Below, piece after piece: positions 63,836-64,000 of a stretch of 64,000 nucleotides of DNA (the stretch's first letter is position 1; each line of letters begins with the position of its first letter). The stretch lies in the NCBI RefSeq assembly GCF_004010195.1, contig NC_057753.1, positions 818,330 to 882,329 of the forward strand, in the 5' to 3' direction. This DNA comes from Chiloscyllium plagiosum (taxonomy: Eukaryota). Made by a program: the position numbers and the translations under genes. Under the pieces are notes generated by a model. That model made no database searches, had not been told where the DNA came from, and saw only the letters and a program-made list of their open reading frames with translations.

Positions 63836-64000
63836 AAGAGAAAGGGTAATATGCTATGGCGTCATCAGTGTTCAGTGATTATTAATGTGTTGAGATTTAA
63901 TTTCAGGAACATCAACTTGCGTCATCTAGTCACTGGTGTTTGTTAGTCATGTAATGTGGACGCCCAGGAACCGAAGAAAGTTGTTCAGATTCTTTGATCT

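Noticed and set aside
1..64000. Functional V(D)J locus, CRISPR array, rRNA/tRNA genes, prokaryotic systems
   Set aside because: No consensus RSS pair, intact V/J/C exon or spaced repeat array found; tRNA-like sequences are SINE heads

Overview
Eukaryotic, repeat-rich DNA, most likely from a cartilaginous fish (shark-type CR1/HER1-like LINEs, HE1-like tRNA-derived SINEs, Penelope-like elements, an IgNAR/IgW-like exon). I found no intact protein-coding gene; most ORFs in the track are retroelement fragments or chance. More than half of the window is CR1/L2-group LINEs (old and young), with Penelope pieces carrying hammerhead-ribozyme cores, a Rex1/Babar fragment, SINEs, a solo LTR and microsatellites. 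The unique spacers between repeats hold decayed immune-gene relics: a clear IgNAR/IgW-type constant-domain pseudo-exon (7.5 kb), an intronless class A GPCR pseudogene (11 kb) and about ten heavily eroded V-domain-like segments (TCR alpha/delta-, VH- and light-chain-like). One V-like exon seems to carry a fused J motif (32.1-32.4 kb), and there is an open stalk+transmembrane exon (35.8-36.0 kb). The V calls were made by eye on frameshifted sequence and need profile-search confirmation. Structural oddities: a ~300-bp target-site-like duplication around a LINE, a LINE carrying an inverted copy of a same-family 3' end, and a 41-bp inverted repeat starting at a LINE 5' junction. Repeat boundaries are approximate.
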